DNA of 64,000 nucleotides from the human T2T-CHM13v2.0 reference genome, Homo sapiens, in NCBI RefSeq assembly GCF_009914755.1, contig NC_060931.1; one strand, written 5' to 3'. The notes beneath the pieces were generated by a model. That model was not told the origin of the DNA. It was given only the letters and a program-made list of their open reading frames with translations, and made no database searches. Positions within the stretch are counted from its first letter, which is position 1; the number at the start of each line of letters is the position of its first letter. Position numbers and translations under genes: made by a program. Shown in pieces: positions 60,520 through 64,000 of the stretch.

Positions 60520-61334
60520 AAGGATAGCATATTATACACTATGCAAGGTACTAGACATGTAGTAAGTATGCTTCAATAAATAGAAGCTGTTGGCATTTTT
60601 TTTTCTGTGTTAGCATAAGATGAAAATTTTCTCTGGCTACAGATTCTGCAGGAATGAATCCCAGGGTTCCTCTGAGCCTTATGCATGTGTGGCCTGGAGA
60701 TTCAGGAAGAAAACACTTCTCAATAGAACAAGTGGCTCAAACTCATGGTCAAGTTGAAGGAAGAAAGCTCTTCTCAAAGACACACTTCAGGCATTGTGGA
60801 GTCACCACACATGCTGATCACATTTTAAGGACACTTAATATTTAAGGGCACTTACCTACTAGATACGATTATATAATTTTGACATAAACATTGATAAAAA
60901 TAGTAATTTTGAAACATGAGTACATCTGGGAAAGAAAATAATTCCTGAACATTCTTTTTATTCTCAGGGCTTTATTGTTACATAGACAGATGAACTGGTT
61001 ACACAGACAGATTAATTGGTTACACATCAAGTGTCTGGGTTCATCCTTGACTCCTGGTGACAAAATTCAGCAGGGTTTTTTTTGTTCTTGACACAAGTCT
61101 TTTGGGTTAACAACAAAAACTAGAATTTACTTGACTTTGTTCCCTACTTTCATAATAAAATTTGTTCTCAGTTCCTCAAGGGTATTTGTAGCCTTGGGAG
61201 CAAAATGGAATCTCATGGAGATCCATTTAGGGTATATTAAAAGGATCAGTGCTAAGCAAGAGAAAACTTTGGATTCAATTAAGCAGTCATTAATGAGAGT
61301 TAAATATTTAAATTTTTTTTCATATCTATAGCAT

Positions 61335-61640
61335 TTTTTTGTTTGATTTTTTTCTTCCTTTTTCTTTTTTGGAGACAGGGTCTTGCTCTGTTGCCCAGGC
61401 TGGAGTGCAGTGGTATGATCATGGCTCACTGCAGCCTCGACCTCCCAGGCTCAAGTGATCCTTCCACCTCAGCCTCCTGAGGAGCTGGGACCACAGGCAA
61501 CTGCTACCATGCCCAGCTAATTTTTAAGTTTTTTGTAGAGATGGGGTCTTGCTATCTTGCCCAGGCTGGTTTCGAATTCCTAGACTCAACTAATCCTTCC
61601 GAAGTGCTGGGATTACAAACATGAACCACTGCACCTGGCC
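61335..61640 (-). mobile_element. AluJ
   Basis: Antisense Alu; TSD T(A/G)TAGCATTT. Confidence 0.88.
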
Positions 61641-62330
61641 CGCTGTAGCATTTAAAAAAAATATTTACCATGCTTAACATTTGTTCTATTGAAATAAACT
61701 TCACATAACATAAAATTAACAATTTTAAAGTATGTAATTCATTCCAGTTTTAGTACATTCATGATGTTGTACAACCTCACCTCTGTCGAGTTTCAAAATC
61801 CTTTCATCACTGTACTTAACAATTTTAAGTTAAACCTTTATTAATGATATAATTTTTCTCAATCATTGCATGAGTTACTGTCATAGGAAACTGGAATGAG
61901 AGAGTAAACAATTCAATTGTGCTCATACCAAGTTCCTAGAAGGAATTAACATTCTAGTGATGAAGTTTGTAATCCAAGCCATAAAGTGACAACATTGCAG
62001 AGAGGTTTTATTCCGACAGTTTCCACAGGGTTGAGTAAATTTCTTTAGACTCCAGGGGTATTTTCCCCTTGGGTTTTCCATCACAATTTATTTATGCTAT
62101 GTGGGTAACTAGATCAGTGCTCTCCCAGATGACTCAGTTACAGATGGACAGCGTATAAGTCTTCCAAATTGCTCGTGTGTAGATTGTAGGATAAGTAATA
62201 TAAAAGGAACTATGACAACATTTAAGTGTGGCCATGTTGTTTTACGTGGCTCTCTTCTACATGTAAAGTGAATTTAGAAAAAAAAAAAAAACAAACCAGA
62301 ATCACGTTAATGGTGGTTCTTTGCTTTCAG

Positions 62331-62542
62331 CTCTTCTCGAAGCCCAAGATGTGGAACTTTACCTGAGACCTCTGAGGAGACACATCCAGTGTCTCCAGGA
62401 GACGGAATTCCCACAGACACGCATATTAATCGCTCCATTATTTCATACCATCTGTCTGATCTGGAGTCATTCCAAGTTTTATAACACCCCAGCTCGGGTT
62501 ATAGTTTTATTGCAAGAGTTTTGTAATCTCTTCATTAACCAG
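62331..62542 (+). CDS. DNAH11: DNAH11 exon 6 (212 nt); the gene continues beyond the window
   Basis: ttgctttcag/CTCTTC; [52 protein letters not shown]; donor CAG/GTATGA. Exons 1-6 total 1194 nt in frame. Confidence 0.94.
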
Positions 62543-63206
62543 GTATGAAGCATCAAAAAACAGGAACAATAAGAATTGTTGCTGTGAGGTAGGTTTTACG
62601 AGACTAGTGAAGAATAATCTAGTATACAGTAAGAACACCATCTTTCTTTTTCTTTTTTCAGAAAGGACATTTTTGGTAACAAAGGCCAGGTAACCTTTTA
62701 ATCCTAAATGGCAGGAAGCTATGAAAATAAGTCAGACATAATCAAAGGACAAGTTGTTGCTTGGTTTTGTTTAACATCTGTACCTTTCTTCAAAAGGCTT
62801 TAAGGCAGCTTCCAGCAAAAGACAGACATGTGTAGTACCTTCTTTGTAGCCTTCCCTTCGGTTTTCACAGAAACACTGGCTGATAAAAGCCTTTTGGAAA
62901 GTGTGGTAAGTTAAGAGCATCTGGCAAAAAGAAAATCCTAAAAAAGTAGTAGAATTGTATTGAAAAAATTCTGATTCATTGCTGATCTTTTAAAATCTCT
63001 TTTGTAATTGTGTCTCTATTCCTTACTCAACCTGCAAAATGTTAAAAAAAAAAAAATTTAAAAAAAGGACCACCTTCCTCTGTGTCCTCATCCTGTCTGT
63101 GTGAATGTGGATTCTTCCATGTTCACAGTACCAGAGGGTATTACATAATTTGAGAGGTAAAAGATACTTGGATGCTACATAATCCAGTGGTTCTTATTTG
63201 GAACCA

Positions 63207-63560
63207 CTTAGTCTTAATCTTCTCAGGCTGCCATAGCAAAGTACTATGGATTGGGTAGGTTAAACATCAGAAATTTATTTTCTCACAGTTCTAGAGGCTG
63301 AAAGTCTCAGATGAGGGTGCCAGCGTGCTCAGATTCTGGTGGGGGCCCTCTTCCTGGCTTGCTGATGGCTGGCTGCCTTCTCACTGTGTCCTCACTTGGC
63401 CATCTTCCTCTTGTAAGACCACAGGTCCTGTCGGATTAAGGCCCCATCTTTACAACCTCATTTAATCACAGTTACCTCCTAAAGACCCTATATCCAGATA
63501 CAGTCACATTGGGAGTTAGGCTTTCAATATTTATCAATTTGAATGGACACAATTCAGATA
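63207..63560 (-). mobile_element. MLT1-type MaLR LTR
   Basis: GGCTGCCATAGCAAAGTAC..AGAAATTTATTTTCTCACAGTTCTAGAGGCTG..GGACACAATTCA. Confidence 0.78.
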
Positions 63561-63739
63561 TTTTTCAAATGAATTAACCAAGACTTGAAAAATGATGTTA
63601 TTTGCTCAATTTCCCTGAGCAGTTAGGAGGAAAGCCAGACCAAAGAACAGGTCTGCAGACTTGCAGCTTAGAATTTTTGGAGTATGAGGTTGCATTGTTA
63701 ATATTTTTCATCTCTCTTCCCTCTCTGATTCTGAAAAGA

Positions 63740-63950
63740 TAGAGTGGTGTGTGGGAAAGGCTTTGGACCTAGACCAACCTGGATTGAAATCTAATTTTCT
63801 CACTTAAGGGAAGTTCAATTACTCCTCAGTTCCCACATCTATCAGTGGGGATAATGCCTAGTCCATGGCTATTGCTAGGATTCAAAGATAACCTAAGTGA
63901 AATGCCCAGCGTAGTGCTCGGTGTTTAATCGAGGCTCAGTAAATGTTAGT
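63740..63950 (+). mobile_element. MIR SINE
   Basis: CCTCAGTTCCCACATCTATCAGTGGGGATAAT..GGCTCAGTAAATGTTAG core-like motifs. Confidence 0.7.
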
Positions 63951-64000
63951 TGCCTTCTGTTCTTTTGCCCAAACTATTGACTTACAGGCTAGTTGCAGCT

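Noticed and set aside
60986-61026. 21-bp tandem duplication (similar ones at ~26363-26388 and ~7830-7865)
   Set aside because: Common slippage products with no sign of function.

Overview
Primate, most likely human, genomic DNA matching the SP4-DNAH11 locus (7p15.3 from recall of the two proteins). The + strand carries the last coding exon and about 3.5 kb of 3'UTR of SP4 (9167-~12960), a ~28 kb repeat-rich intergenic region, and the CpG-island promoter and first six coding exons of DNAH11 (41391-62542; they splice into one open frame of 1194 nt). Two decayed class I (HERV-IP/ADP-like, tRNA-Pro PBS) proviruses lie on the - strand, one in the last SP4 intron (1-6539) and one in DNAH11 intron 2 (45462-54494). 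They share the same inactivating RT and integrase lesions. A near full-length antisense L1PA (28900-36990) hosts an LTR12C solo LTR and three Alus. The rest is Alu, MaLR, L2, MIR and DNA-transposon debris. The most notable oddities are the shared proviral lesions, a near-perfect 33/34-bp inverted repeat at 37508-37600, a 32-nt U2 snRNA retro-fragment with TSD, and several locally rearranged Alus. I see no evidence of a new protein-coding system; most ORF-track entries are repeat-derived. Repeat subfamily names come from memory of consensus sequences, and boundaries without TSDs are approximate.
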